From Methanosarcinales archaeon Met12 (GTDB taxonomy: Archaea; Halobacteriota; UBA148; JAJOKI01): a stretch of DNA of 64,000 bases. The translations under genes were made by a program, and so were the position numbers. Below the pieces are notes generated by a model. It was not told the origin of the DNA. It worked only from the letters and a program-made list of their open reading frames with translations, and made no database searches. Shown here piece by piece: positions 54,405-64,000 of the stretch; the stretch's first letter is position 1; each line of letters starts with the position of its first letter. Where the stretch lies: the NCBI GenBank assembly GCA_002813105.2, contig CP017966.2:790745-854744 (forward strand), written 5' to 3'.

Positions 54405-55112
54405 ATGAAGATAGAACAGGAAAAGCGTGTGACAAAGATGAACTCGAAAAAGAGCACCGGCATCCAAGCGCTGGACAGGCGCCTGGACGGAGGCCTGCCT
54501 AACGGATCGGTGGTTCTTTTCAGGTCAAGCCCAAAATCAATGTCAGAAATTTTTCTGTATTATTTTGCTGCTGCACAAAAGGCATACTACTTTGCTACGG
54601 ATAGGGCCCCCAAATATGTAAAACAAAATATTAATGGCTTCGGTTTGAATAGTGACAACATAAGTTTCATTGACATATATGACCAGTATCGCAAGAATGT
54701 CGATTCCAAAAGAGATGAAACGATTCTTGCATATTTTTCCGATGAACTTGAGAAATTGAGACAGGATGAGGATTTCGTCTGCATTATCGACACATATTCT
54801 TTCTTCCTCGAACTGGATGTCGACCATGGCAGGATAAGAGAACTGCTTGACCAGATATATGAAATGTCCAAAGAGACCAACAGCGTCTCCTATTTATATG
54901 TCTTAAAAGGCGCTTATGAGGAAAAAATCATAGAGGCACATAGCAATACGTGTGATGTGATCTTTGATATCGAATCCGAAAGGGTCGGCGAATGTATATA
55001 CAATAGACTTCTCATACCCAAAATACGGGGCATATTCCCGGTACCAACCCAATTTATCAAGTATCAGATAATAGATGGCATACAGATTGATACCTCGATG
55101 TACATTGCATAG
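54405..55112 (+). CDS. KaiC/RecA-superfamily (FlaH-like) protein with degenerate P-loop
   Basis: TGIQALDRRLDGGLPNGSVVLF is typical KaiC/RecA. The expected GxxGxGK[ST] is replaced by RSSPKSMS. Confidence 0.6.
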   Translation: MKIEQEKRVTKMNSKKSTGIQALDRRLDGGLPNGSVVLFRSSPKSMSEIFLYYFAAAQKAYYFATDRAPKYVKQNINGFGLNSDNISFIDIYDQYRKNVDSKRDETILAYFSDELEKLRQDEDFVCIIDTYSFFLELDVDHGRIRELLDQIYEMSKETNSVSYLYVLKGAYEEKIIEAHSNTCDVIFDIESERVGECIYNRLLIPKIRGIFPVPTQFIKYQIIDGIQIDTSMYIA

Positions 55113-55142
55113 ACATTCATGTGTTTTAACTTCAGGTCCCCG

Positions 55143-55850
55143 ATGACAAAACCCGACATAAGAACGTTAGATGACATGAGGGACGTCATTTACGATAAAG
55201 AGTGGTTAAAAAGGGCGGGAAATCCAGAAGTATACTATATGTATAGGGGCTTATCTCTGAGCATTAGAGATGGGCAGATTATAAAAGAAAATAACCTCAG
55301 GTATGACATCACGGTCATTCCGCCACGTATGTTGGGCAACGAATATGTAAAGACGGTCGGGCACTATCATCCCAGGGCGTCGGGGGCGAACATATCATAT
55401 GCGGAGGCATATGAGATATTAAGCGGAGAGGGGCACTATTTGCTTCAAAAATGCCAGAATGGGTATGTCGCAGATGTTATAGTGATCAGAGCGCAGAAAG
55501 GAGATAAAGTGATAATCCCTCCGGATTACGGTCATATAACTATAAATCCCTCCAATAAAGAGCTTAAAATGTGCAACTGGGTCGCCTGTGACTTTGCGCC
55601 GATATATGCTCCAATAAAAGAGAGGGGTGGTGCCGCATATTTTGAGCTGACTGCAGGATTCGTCAAGAACGAAAATTATGATAATGTGTCCGAAATTCGA
55701 TTTTTAAAGCCCGCAAACTTTCCAGATATTGGGCTTGACAAGAATAAAGAGATATATGGGCTCATCAGGAAAGACCCGAAGCTACTGGAGTTTTTGACCA
55801 GGCCACAGGATTATGGGTGGCTGTTTGATAGGGTTCTGGCTAACGAATGA
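55143..55850 (+). CDS. pgiA: cupin-type glucose-6-phosphate isomerase
   Basis: TVGHYHP...AEAYEILSGEG...GHITIN matches the cupin PGI metal-site pattern. Confidence 0.75.
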   Translation: MTKPDIRTLDDMRDVIYDKEWLKRAGNPEVYYMYRGLSLSIRDGQIIKENNLRYDITVIPPRMLGNEYVKTVGHYHPRASGANISYAEAYEILSGEGHYLLQKCQNGYVADVIVIRAQKGDKVIIPPDYGHITINPSNKELKMCNWVACDFAPIYAPIKERGGAAYFELTAGFVKNENYDNVSEIRFLKPANFPDIGLDKNKEIYGLIRKDPKLLEFLTRPQDYGWLFDRVLANE

Positions 55851-55964
55851 GAAGAGGGGCGAAATCGGAAGGAACATTCGCTTGCGTATAACGTTTTGTG
55901 AAAAGAAGTTGCTGAAGGTAATTTGGGGAAAGCGTAGCGAACGGAGGGTGCCAGAGACTGCTTT

Positions 55965-56381
55965 TTAATGGTATTTCTCAATACATTTTGATGCACTTAT
56001 CTTCTCTAATCCTTCTACGTTATCAAAATCTTTATCTTCACTTACTATAGTAGATAAGCCTGTCTCTTTCATCGAAGAAAAATGGATAGCATCCCTTGGT
56101 TCAAGTGTTGTTTTTTCATAGATTTCTACCATTCTAATAATAACTGATTTATCAAGCTCAATCCATTTTATGGGCAATGTAAGTATAGCTTTTGTAATCT
56201 TGATAGCGTTATCTTTTCCAACGTTCTTTTTCAAAATCCACATCACTTCATCTATTACGAGAAATGACGATGCACAGGTAATCCTTTGTTTGTTTATGAG
56301 TCTTATAATCTCCCTACAATTTCGTCCCAATTTCTCTTTGTCTATCGCAGCAAAAATGAAAATATTGGAATCAATATACAA
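55965..56381 (-). CDS. vapC: PIN-domain toxin VapC
   Basis: MYIDSNIFIFAAID and VSEDKDF motifs. Confidence 0.85.
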   Translation of the reverse strand: MYIDSNIFIFAAIDKEKLGRNCREIIRLINKQRITCASSFLVIDEVMWILKKNVGKDNAIKITKAILTLPIKWIELDKSVIIRMVEIYEKTTLEPRDAIHFSSMKETGLSTIVSEDKDFDNVEGLEKISASKCIEKYH

Positions 56382-56383
56382 AA

Positions 56384-56620
56384 TTAGGCCTCCTCGTATC
56401 TGGTCTCTAATTCTCTTTTAATTTTTTTCATCGATATTTTACTTGCACTTTCTTTACACACTTCTAAAAATACATCTACTACATTCCGCTTTTTCGAGAG
56501 TATTATCTTCTCATTCTCAATGTCAATTACTATTTCATCCCCTACATTAATCCCTAGAATATCCCGAATTGTTTTAGGGATTACAATCTGACCTTTTGCT
56601 AATACATTTTTCGATATCAT
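56384..56620 (-). CDS. vapB: AbrB/SpoVT-type antitoxin VapB
   Basis: LAKGQIVIPKTIRDILGINVGDEIVI. Confidence 0.8.
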   Translation of the reverse strand: MISKNVLAKGQIVIPKTIRDILGINVGDEIVIDIENEKIILSKKRNVVDVFLEVCKESASKISMKKIKRELETRYEEA

Positions 56621-56657
56621 TTAAACCACTAAATAACCCTGTAGTTAAACTACCTAA

Positions 56658-56831
56658 TTAAACTTTTGGTTTCCTAATAGATAGGCGGTCTCTGGCATTG
56701 CGTATAACGTTCCAAGCATATCGTAGATGTTTAGCGCATTCCTTGAGTTTCTCAGCGATTCTGTTCTGCATCACTTTATCGAGGTCGTCCAAGTCTTTTA
56801 GTGCCCTTTGAGTGAATATTACCTTATACAT
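56658..56831 (-). pseudogene. truncated RelE/ParE-like toxin remnant
   Basis: Own translation gives MYKVIFTQRALKDLDDLDKVMQNRIAEKLKE..., a RelE/ParE N-terminus that then diverges and stops at 57 aa. It is preceded by a 29-aa ORF (56831-56920) that overlaps it by 1 nt in a TGATG junction. Confidence 0.4.
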
Positions 56832-57087
56832 CAAAAGATTTCCTCAAGACCTTTCACTTTACCTTCTTTATAATCGCTTCTTGCCTCTTCAACAGTTAAA
56901 TCCTTTACTTTTGTTTCCATAAGCAAACATCTCCATACAGCATTTGAATGCATCTATTAAAAATTTCGCCTAACTATTTATAAACGCATCCTGTTTATAT
57001 AATCTTTTTCACTTATGATAGCAAACATTATAAACTAGTAGTGAGAAGTGGAAATGACTTTTATACGGCTGTTATGGAGGACATAGG

Positions 57088-59058
57088 ATGGAATTGATAT
57101 TATTTGCACTGTTCGCTGGTATCGCAAGCCTAATCTTCGCCGCCTTTATGGCACGGAACGTTCTCAAACAGGATGCTGGAACGCCAGAGATGATTGAACT
57201 TTCTGATGCGATTCAAGAAGGCGCGATGGCATTTTTGAACAGGGAATATAAAACGCTAATCGTTTTCACCGTCATTGTATCAGCAGTGATTGCCGTGGCA
57301 ATAGGCATCGAAATAGCAGTGACGTTCGTCATCGGGGCTTTTGTATCTGCATTGGCAGGAAACATAGGAATGAGAGTCGCTACCAAATCCAATGCGAGAA
57401 CTGCTAATGCGTGCAGAGAGGGATTGGGGCAGGGGCTTAAACTCGCGTTTTCAAGCGGCGCAGTGATGGGATTAACGGTAGTGGGACTCGGTCTGCTGGG
57501 CATAAGCAGCCTGTACTACGTATTTGAAGACCCTGCCATATTGTTTGGGTTCGGATTCGGTGCCAGCTCTATCGCACTCTTCGCCAGAGTCGGCGGCGGG
57601 ATATTCACCAAAGCAGCGGACGTCGGCGCTGACCTGGTCGGCAAAGTCGAGAAGGGGATTCCAGAAGACGACCCGAGAAATCCAGCAGTAATAGCCGATA
57701 ATGTCGGAGATAACGTCGGCGATGTGGCTGGGATGGGGGCAGATTTATTCGAATCGTATGTCAGTTCAATTATTGCAACGATGGCGATAGGATTGGTCGC
57801 ATATCTGGCAGGGGATATGGGCCCTAATGCCGTGGTGCTTCCCCCCTTGCTCGCAGGTGTAGGAATTCTATCCTCGATCATCGGCACATTCTTCGTGAGA
57901 GTCGGCAAGGATGCGAACCTGGGTGCCGCAATGAATAAAGGAATATATGTGAGTGCTGTATTCATGACGATTATGGCATACATCGTCATCATGGCCGTTT
58001 TGGGTGACGTGGGCGTGTTTTATGCAACGATTACGGGTTTGATTACCGGCATCCTGATCGGCCTCTTTACGGAGCATTATACTTCGCCTGATAGAGCGCC
58101 CGTGCAAAGGATTGCGGAATCTTCTCAAACGGGCGCTGGGACGAACATCATCAGTGGGATGTCGGTCGGTATGCGCAGCACCTTCGCCCCGATCATCGTG
58201 GTATGCCTCGCAATCATACTGGCCTATCATTTTGCTGGATTGTATGGAGTTGCGATAGCCGCTGTTGGCATGCTTTCCACACTGGGCATAACTCTCGCTG
58301 CAGATACCTATGGGCCGGTTGCAGATAATGCCGCAGGAATTGCAGAGATGGCGAAAATGGGCCCGAAGATAAGGGAAAGAGCCGAGGCACTGGATGCAGT
58401 TGGAAACACGACCGCAGCCATCGGCAAGGGCTTTGCCATAGGTTCTGCGGCTTTGACCGCGCTGGCACTACTTTCAGCATACTGCATGGAAATTGGGTTG
58501 GAGAGCATAGACGTCACCAAGCCATCAGTCATCGCTGGCGTGTTCATAGGTGGCATGTTGCCGTTTTTATTCTCTGCAATCACGATGGAGTCGGTTGGAA
58601 AAGCAGCATCCCAGATCGTCAACGAAGTGCGCAGGCAATTTAGAGAGATACCCGGTCTGATGGAGGGAACGGCAAAGCCGGATTATGTGAAATGTATAGA
58701 TATAAGCACGGTCGTGGCTTTGAGGGAAATGGTCGTTCCAGGGATACTGGCGATAGCAGTGCCACTCACTGTCGGCCTGATTCTTGGCCCCGAGGCTTTA
58801 GGAGGTCTTTTAACCGGTGCGATCGTCACGGGATTCCTGCTTGCGATTATGATGGCCAATGCTGGCGGTGCGTGGGACAACGCGAAAAAGTATATTGAAG
58901 CAGGGAACCTTGGGGGCAAGGGCACGAAGACTCATGCCGCTGCAGTGATAGGAGATACCGTAGGCGACCCATTTAAAGATACATCTGGCCCCTCCTTGAA
59001 CATCCTTATCAAGTTGATGGCCATAGTGGCACTGGTATTTGCTCCGCTGTTCATTTAA
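57088..59058 (+). CDS. hppA: membrane-bound H+/Na+-translocating pyrophosphatase
   Basis: 656 aa polytopic. [41 protein letters not shown] and [16 protein letters not shown]. Confidence 0.93.
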   Translation: MELILFALFAGIASLIFAAFMARNVLKQDAGTPEMIELSDAIQEGAMAFLNREYKTLIVFTVIVSAVIAVAIGIEIAVTFVIGAFVSALAGNIGMRVATKSNARTANACREGLGQGLKLAFSSGAVMGLTVVGLGLLGISSLYYVFEDPAILFGFGFGASSIALFARVGGGIFTKAADVGADLVGKVEKGIPEDDPRNPAVIADNVGDNVGDVAGMGADLFESYVSSIIATMAIGLVAYLAGDMGPNAVVLPPLLAGVGILSSIIGTFFVRVGKDANLGAAMNKGIYVSAVFMTIMAYIVIMAVLGDVGVFYATITGLITGILIGLFTEHYTSPDRAPVQRIAESSQTGAGTNIISGMSVGMRSTFAPIIVVCLAIILAYHFAGLYGVAIAAVGMLSTLGITLAADTYGPVADNAAGIAEMAKMGPKIRERAEALDAVGNTTAAIGKGFAIGSAALTALALLSAYCMEIGLESIDVTKPSVIAGVFIGGMLPFLFSAITMESVGKAASQIVNEVRRQFREIPGLMEGTAKPDYVKCIDISTVVALREMVVPGILAIAVPLTVGLILGPEALGGLLTGAIVTGFLLAIMMANAGGAWDNAKKYIEAGNLGGKGTKTHAAAVIGDTVGDPFKDTSGPSLNILIKLMAIVALVFAPLFI

Positions 59059-59064
59059 ATAAAA

Positions 59065-59391
59065 TCACGCCAACGCTTTTGCAAGCTCTTTCATAACCTC
59101 TTTGGGTTTTTCATCCCCTGCCATAATTAAACTGTGTGTGAGCGCTACCCTCTCTAATGTCTTTGTCAATTCATTGTTAGCGAGCCTAAACATCTCGCTT
59201 CGTCCCACCGTTCTCACTTTCTTGACGACATTGTTCTCCTCAAGTTTTGGAATTTTATCATAGACGGTCGTCCGTGACAATCCTGTGTATTCAGCGATTT
59301 GACTAATCGAGTAATCATATCGGATGTGTTCGCCCAAGAAGTCGATAATCCGCATTTCTGCGGTATCTCCAAGAAAGTCGGTTAATGTCAT
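59065..59391 (-). CDS. winged-helix transcriptional regulator
   Basis: YSISQIAEYTGLSRTTVYDKIPKLEENNVVKKV is an HTH plus wing. Confidence 0.65.
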   Translation of the reverse strand: MTLTDFLGDTAEMRIIDFLGEHIRYDYSISQIAEYTGLSRTTVYDKIPKLEENNVVKKVRTVGRSEMFRLANNELTKTLERVALTHSLIMAGDEKPKEVMKELAKALA

Positions 59392-59407
59392 TTCTATCCT
59401 CTTATGT

Positions 59408-59468
59408 TATACTATACGTTAACTATACGTTAACTATATGTTCTATATGTTCTATATGTTATATAATT
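59408..59468. promoter_or_regulatory. array of short TATA-like direct repeats in a divergent promoter region
   Basis: ACTATACGTTA x2 then CTATATGTT x3 then ATATAAT, lying between two divergent winged-helix genes. Confidence 0.6.
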
Positions 59469-59524
59469 TAAAGCTTTTGCTGGACAAAAAGTATAAATAA
59501 ACTGAACAATAATAAATATGTGAT

Positions 59525-59806
59525 ATGACATGCGAACTCTCAGAGTATGAACTGGACATCTTATATAAGATCGTTCGTAAAAATCGCTGGTGCAAAAAGC
59601 ATATTTCACAAGACGATATTGTGAGAGGCTTCCCATCTCACGACATTGGCATTTATAAAAATGCGATCAAATCTCTTATTAAAAAGGGATTATTAGTTTG
59701 TTATAAATCGAAAGGACGAAATGATGTGTGTATTCCCAAACGTAACAGGGCAACCATAATCGAGATATTTGATGCACATAATTTTGAGATATGGTTTATC
59801 AGATGA
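59525..59806 (+). CDS. hypothetical winged-helix-like protein
   Basis: 93 aa. ELDILYKIV...ISQDDIVRGF...AIKSLIKKGLLVCYKSKG. Confidence 0.4.
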   Translation: MTCELSEYELDILYKIVRKNRWCKKHISQDDIVRGFPSHDIGIYKNAIKSLIKKGLLVCYKSKGRNDVCIPKRNRATIIEIFDAHNFEIWFIR

Positions 59807-59861
59807 CAATCCAAAACTTAATATTTGGTAAACATAGATTAGTGCACTGGTGTAAATAGAG

Positions 59862-61343
59862 ATGACCACCCCGTTCAAGGACATAAAATTTTTTGACACG
59901 ACGCTCAGGGATGGAGAGCAGACGCCAGGCGTCTCGCTTACAGCAGATGAAAAACTGTGGATTGCCCGTCAACTCGATGCGCTGGGCGTTCATGTGATTG
60001 AGGCAGGGTCTGCAGTCACGTCCGAGGGTGAGCGGGCCGCCATCAGGGCGGTTGCTAGTGAAGGCTTAAACGCAGAAATCTGCAGCTTTACCAGGGTATT
60101 AAAAAGTGACATAGACCTCGCGCTGGAATGCAACGTGGATTCGGTGCATCTTGTCGTACCTGTCTCAGACCTTCATATCCAGCAAAAATTAAAGAAAGAC
60201 AGGGAAACCGTACTGCAAATGGCAGTAGACGTTACGGAATATGCCAAGGAGCATGGCTTAATCGTTGAATTGAGCGGAGAAGACGCATCGAGGGCGGATT
60301 TGGACTACCTTATGTCGTTGTATAAAGAGGGGATATCCTCTGGCGCAGATCGCCTGTGCTTCTGTGACACCGTTGGGGTGTTGATTCCAGAGCGAACTGA
60401 GATGATATTCAAGAAGCTCGCAGAATTGGGAGTACCGGTCAGCGTGCACTGCCATGATGACTTTGGACTTGCGACCGCGAACTCAATTGCAGCGCTCAAA
60501 GCAGGAGCCGGGCAGGTACACGTTACCGTGAACGGGCTTGGAGAGAGGGCCGGAAATGCCTCTCTTGAAGAAGTGGTCATGACACTGGATGCGTTATACG
60601 GCTACAAAACGAAGATAAACACTACAAATTTATATAAGACTTCCAGATTGGTCAGTCGTCTAACAGGCGTTCCAATCGCGCCAAACAAAGCGATAGTTGG
60701 GGATAACGCCTTCACCCACGAATCAGGCATTCATGCACATGGCATACTGGCTGACACATCTACTTACGAGCCAATTACGCCGGAGATAGTTGGCAGAACG
60801 AGAAAAATTGTCCTCGGTAAGCACGCTGGAAAAAGCTCCGTTCAGATAGCGTTAAAGGAGATTGGGCTCGAGGCGAGCGGCGGGCAGGTAAGCGAGATAA
60901 CCAAGCGCATCAAAGAGCTCGGTGATAAAGGAAAGCGCGTTACTGATGCCGATTTACAGGCAATTGCAGAGGCAGTGTTAGGGTATTGCCGAGAAGCCAG
61001 AGTAAAGCTGGAGGAACTGATAGTCGTCTCTGGAAACAAGGTAACTCCAACGGCTTCGGTTAAGTTAATAGTTGACAATCGAGATATAGTTGAATCCGGC
61101 ACAGGGCTGGGTCCTGTCGATGCTGCCATCAATGCCCTGCGAAAGGCAATCGCTGATATTGCCGACATCGAACTGGAAGAATATCGGGTAGAGGCGATCA
61201 CAGGGGGCACGGATGCGCTTGTCGAGGTATGGGTCAAATTGAGTAAAGATGGAAAGATGGTTACGGCGAGGGGCGCAAGGGCCGACATTATAATGGCATC
61301 GGTTGAAGCGGTGGTGGAAGGAATTAATCGGTTGTTGGAGTGA
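59862..61343 (+). CDS. cimA: citramalate/2-isopropylmalate synthase family enzyme (CimA-like)
   Basis: [30 protein letters not shown] and a C-terminal LeuA-type regulatory domain. About 490 aa, as in methanogen CimA. Confidence 0.85.
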   Translation: MTTPFKDIKFFDTTLRDGEQTPGVSLTADEKLWIARQLDALGVHVIEAGSAVTSEGERAAIRAVASEGLNAEICSFTRVLKSDIDLALECNVDSVHLVVPVSDLHIQQKLKKDRETVLQMAVDVTEYAKEHGLIVELSGEDASRADLDYLMSLYKEGISSGADRLCFCDTVGVLIPERTEMIFKKLAELGVPVSVHCHDDFGLATANSIAALKAGAGQVHVTVNGLGERAGNASLEEVVMTLDALYGYKTKINTTNLYKTSRLVSRLTGVPIAPNKAIVGDNAFTHESGIHAHGILADTSTYEPITPEIVGRTRKIVLGKHAGKSSVQIALKEIGLEASGGQVSEITKRIKELGDKGKRVTDADLQAIAEAVLGYCREARVKLEELIVVSGNKVTPTASVKLIVDNRDIVESGTGLGPVDAAINALRKAIADIADIELEEYRVEAITGGTDALVEVWVKLSKDGKMVTARGARADIIMASVEAVVEGINRLLE

Positions 61344-61366
61344 GGTTTAATAGGAGTGGTTTATTT

Positions 61367-61756
61367 ATGAGTCTATGCGATCTATGTAATCTAAAGAACA
61401 ACCCATGCAACTTATATAAGGATATAATCGTTGTAACATGCGGTCGGGGCGTTCAAAATCCTCAAGATGAAACTATCGTAGCCGTTACAGATGTCAGTGA
61501 ACCACATAAGATAGTAAGAAAAGTGAAGAAGAGATCATCACAAAGCCTCGTTATAGGCGTCAATAGACCAATCGGCTTAATACAAATACCCAAAATCGAT
61601 GAGTCTGAACTCCGAAAAAGAGAGAAAAAGAGAATACTAGATGACATCAAAAAAGGGCGAGGAGGTCCAGATACCGCAGGGCTCAAAAAGATGTATGGTG
61701 TGGAGGATTCTCAATTGATAAAGGATGTAAAGAAAGCGTTAATGAAGGGAGGATGA
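61367..61756 (+). CDS. hypothetical small protein inside the cimA-ilvB operon
   Basis: 129 aa. AGGAG lies upstream of ATG 61367. ATGA overlap with the ilvB start. N-terminal CDLC...C...C cluster and a basic helical tail. Confidence 0.5.
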   Translation: MSLCDLCNLKNNPCNLYKDIIVVTCGRGVQNPQDETIVAVTDVSEPHKIVRKVKKRSSQSLVIGVNRPIGLIQIPKIDESELRKREKKRILDDIKKGRGGPDTAGLKKMYGVEDSQLIKDVKKALMKGG

Positions 61757-63429
61757 TGTCGAAGAGGCAAAAAATGACAGGGGCAGAAGCTGTAATCGAG
61801 TGCCTGTACAGGGAGAACATCGAAGTTATCTTCGGATATCCAGGGGGCGCGGTGTTGCCATTATACGATGCGTTGTATGACTCGGATATACGGCACATTC
61901 TCGTGCGACACGAACAGTGTGCCGCTCATGCTGCGGATGGGTATGCACGTGCTACCGGGCGCACGGGCGTGTGCATAGCGACGTCTGGGCCAGGAGCGAC
62001 GAATCTGGTGACCGGCATCGCCAACGCATATATGGATTCTGTGCCGATGGTGGCGATTACGGGTCAAGTGCCCACCAACATGATAGGCAATGATGCATTC
62101 CAGGAGGCGAATATTACGGGGATCACGCTTCCAATTACCAAGCATAATTATCTTGTAAAAGACGCCAATACCCTGCCAAAGACCATAAAAGAGGCTTTTC
62201 ACATCGCTTCGACAGGGCGTCCAGGTCCTGTTTTGATTGACTTGCCAAAGGATGTACAGGCGGACAATATAAAATTTGAGTACCCACAAAAAGTAGAACT
62301 AGATAGTTATAGGCCCACATACAGTGGACACCCACTTCAAATCAAGCGTGCGGCAGAGAGTATAATGCGGGCAGAACAACCCATCATCTATGCCGGCGGC
62401 GGAGTTGTAATTTCGGGCGCCCATGATGAATTGCGCACACTAACAGAACTAATTCTGGCCCCGGTAGTGACGACGCTGATGGGCAAAGGAACGTTTCCTG
62501 AAACGCATCCACTGTCTCTCGGGATGCTCGGGATGCATGGTGCAAAATATGCGAATTATGCGATGACAGAGTCGGACCTGATCATCGCGATTGGAGCGCG
62601 ATTCGATGATCGTGTGACCGGGAAAATCGGTAGCTTTGCACCAAACGCAAAGGTGATTCATATCGATATAGACCCAGCCGAAATAAGCAAAAACGTCGAA
62701 GCCAACATACCAATCGTGGGAGATGCCAGGGCCATACTCAAAGAGTTAATCAAGGCATTAAGGCAGAAACGGGAATCCAAATGGAACGAGAAAATAAAGG
62801 CGTGGAAAAAAGAGTTCCCGCTGCAGTATGAATACAGTGACAAAGTCATCAAGCCACAGTACGTAATCGAGCAGCTCTGCAAACTCTATGGTGATGCCAT
62901 CATCACAACGGAAGTAGGACAAAACCAGATGTGGGCAGCGCAATATTTCAAGTCCATAAAACCGCGCACGTTCATCTCCTCTGGAGGGCTCGGCACGATG
63001 GGGTATGGTTTCCCTGCAGCAATTGGCGCCAAGGTAGGGTGTCCTGATAAACTCGTATTTGACATCGCAGGGGACGGAAGTTTTCAAATGACCTCTCATG
63101 AGCTCGCAACCGCCGTATCAAATGATATTCCCGTTAAAATTGCCATCCTCAACAATGGATTTTTAGGAATGGTCAGGCAGTGGCAAGAGCTATTCTATGG
63201 CAAGCGGTATTCTGCAACTCGTCTGGACGCTACTCCTGACTTTGTGAAACTTGCAGAGGCATATGGGGCACTTGGCATAGAAGTAACCAGGCCAGGGGAA
63301 GTAAAATCAGCTATCGAAGAGGCAGTAAACTCTGACAAGCCAGCAGTCATCGACTTCAAGGTCGCTCCCGAAGAAAATGTATTTCCGATGGTACCTGCAG
63401 GTGCAGCTATAAATGAGATAATAGGCTAA
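61753..63429 (+). CDS. ilvB: acetolactate synthase large subunit
   Basis: ThDP motif GDGSFQM...NNGFLGMV and an FAD-binding middle domain. Confidence 0.93.
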   Translation: MMSKRQKMTGAEAVIECLYRENIEVIFGYPGGAVLPLYDALYDSDIRHILVRHEQCAAHAADGYARATGRTGVCIATSGPGATNLVTGIANAYMDSVPMVAITGQVPTNMIGNDAFQEANITGITLPITKHNYLVKDANTLPKTIKEAFHIASTGRPGPVLIDLPKDVQADNIKFEYPQKVELDSYRPTYSGHPLQIKRAAESIMRAEQPIIYAGGGVVISGAHDELRTLTELILAPVVTTLMGKGTFPETHPLSLGMLGMHGAKYANYAMTESDLIIAIGARFDDRVTGKIGSFAPNAKVIHIDIDPAEISKNVEANIPIVGDARAILKELIKALRQKRESKWNEKIKAWKKEFPLQYEYSDKVIKPQYVIEQLCKLYGDAIITTEVGQNQMWAAQYFKSIKPRTFISSGGLGTMGYGFPAAIGAKVGCPDKLVFDIAGDGSFQMTSHELATAVSNDIPVKIAILNNGFLGMVRQWQELFYGKRYSATRLDATPDFVKLAEAYGALGIEVTRPGEVKSAIEEAVNSDKPAVIDFKVAPEENVFPMVPAGAAINEIIG

Positions 63430-63445
63430 AGGAGAAAAGAGCATA

Positions 63446-63934
63446 ATGAAGCATACGCTTTCAGTACTCGTAAAGAATAGGCCAGGCGTGCTGGCGCGCG
63501 TTTCCGGACTCTTCAGCAGACGCGGCTACAATATCGACAGCCTGAGTGTGGGACTAACTCAGAATCCCGATGTTTCGAGAATGACCATTGTAGTGGCAGG
63601 AGATGACCACGTCGTGGAACAGGTCGTTAAACAGCTGAACAAACTTATAGATGTCATCAAGGTCTTGGATCTTCGAGAAGGTGAGTCTGTTAATCGCGAG
63701 CTTGCACTGATTAAAGTGGAAGCTGAGCCAAAGACGCGCTCGGAAATCATGCAGATAGCAACCATTTTCAGGGCGCGAATCGTTGATGTGGGTGCCAGGA
63801 CGTTGGTGATTGAGGTCACAGGTGATGATTCCAAGATAGATGCAATGGAACAACTATTGAGGCGATTCGGAATCAAAGAGATGGTGCGAACTGGAAGGGC
63901 ATCTATGCTCAGGGGCACAAAGGGAACAGAGTAG
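63446..63934 (+). CDS. ilvN: acetolactate synthase small (regulatory) subunit
   Basis: ACT domain [35 protein letters not shown]. Confidence 0.9.
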   Translation: MKHTLSVLVKNRPGVLARVSGLFSRRGYNIDSLSVGLTQNPDVSRMTIVVAGDDHVVEQVVKQLNKLIDVIKVLDLREGESVNRELALIKVEAEPKTRSEIMQIATIFRARIVDVGARTLVIEVTGDDSKIDAMEQLLRRFGIKEMVRTGRASMLRGTKGTE

Positions 63935-63944
63935 GTGATATTTA

Positions 63945-64000
63945 ATGGCAAAGATGTTTTATGACGAAGACGTGGACATAACAGTGCTTGAGGACAAAAA
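63945..64000 (+). CDS. ilvC: ketol-acid reductoisomerase, first 18 codons (runs off the right edge)
   Basis: MAKMFYDEDVDITVLEDK fits the IlvC N-terminus, and the position after ilvBN agrees. The fragment is too short to be certain. Confidence 0.55.
   Translation, partial: MAKMFYDEDVDITVLEDK

Noticed and set aside
55879-56711. An exact 14-nt direct repeat TTGCGTATAACGTT at 55879-55892 and 56698-56711, bracketing the vapBC at 55965-56620.
   Set aside because: In 64 kb, several exact 14-mer matches are expected by chance (roughly N^2/2 divided by 4^14, or about 8). Joining the flanks does not restore a plausible RelE reading frame, and there is no extended similarity beyond the 14-mer.

Overview
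The window reads as a chromosomal segment of a methanogen- or methanotroph-type euryarchaeon, Methanosarcinales-like. The supporting genes are mer, cofE, RFAP synthase, archaeal TBP, TFB, RFC and LonB, aIF2-beta with a TRAM tail, and a PGF-CTERM surface protein. I support about 85 protein genes and find no rRNA, tRNA or CRISPR.

The housekeeping backbone includes rnz, tbp, mer, tldD/pmbA, lonB, prs, rtcA, kptA, glmM, apgM, cofE, rpl10e, ileS, rfcS, rps8e, srp19, gar1, tfb, hppA and cimA-ilvBN-ilvC'. At least 11 intact two-gene toxin-antitoxin modules interrupt it, of VapBC, HicAB, DUF4258/zinc-ribbon, COG2405/UPF0175 and DUF2283 types, plus decayed hicA and relE remnants.

The larger accessory loci are:
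- an archaeal type IV pilus-like locus (46.2-55.1 kb);
- a PGF-CTERM S-layer-like gene that appears split by a frameshift;
- a compact four-gene operon built around a CetZ-type tubulin homologue and a PRC-barrel protein.

The most unusual signals are at the DNA level:
1. A 56-nt double-hairpin element is present, open in frame, inside both ileS (antisense) and tfb (sense).
2. A second family of composite imperfect hairpins shows compensatory stem substitutions. It is scattered in intergenic regions, and one copy supplies the last codons and the stop of rfcS.
3. Three TA cassettes are bracketed by 25-30 nt direct repeats that duplicate the 3' end or terminator of the neighbouring host gene.

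All family assignments come from motif recognition by eye. No searches were run.
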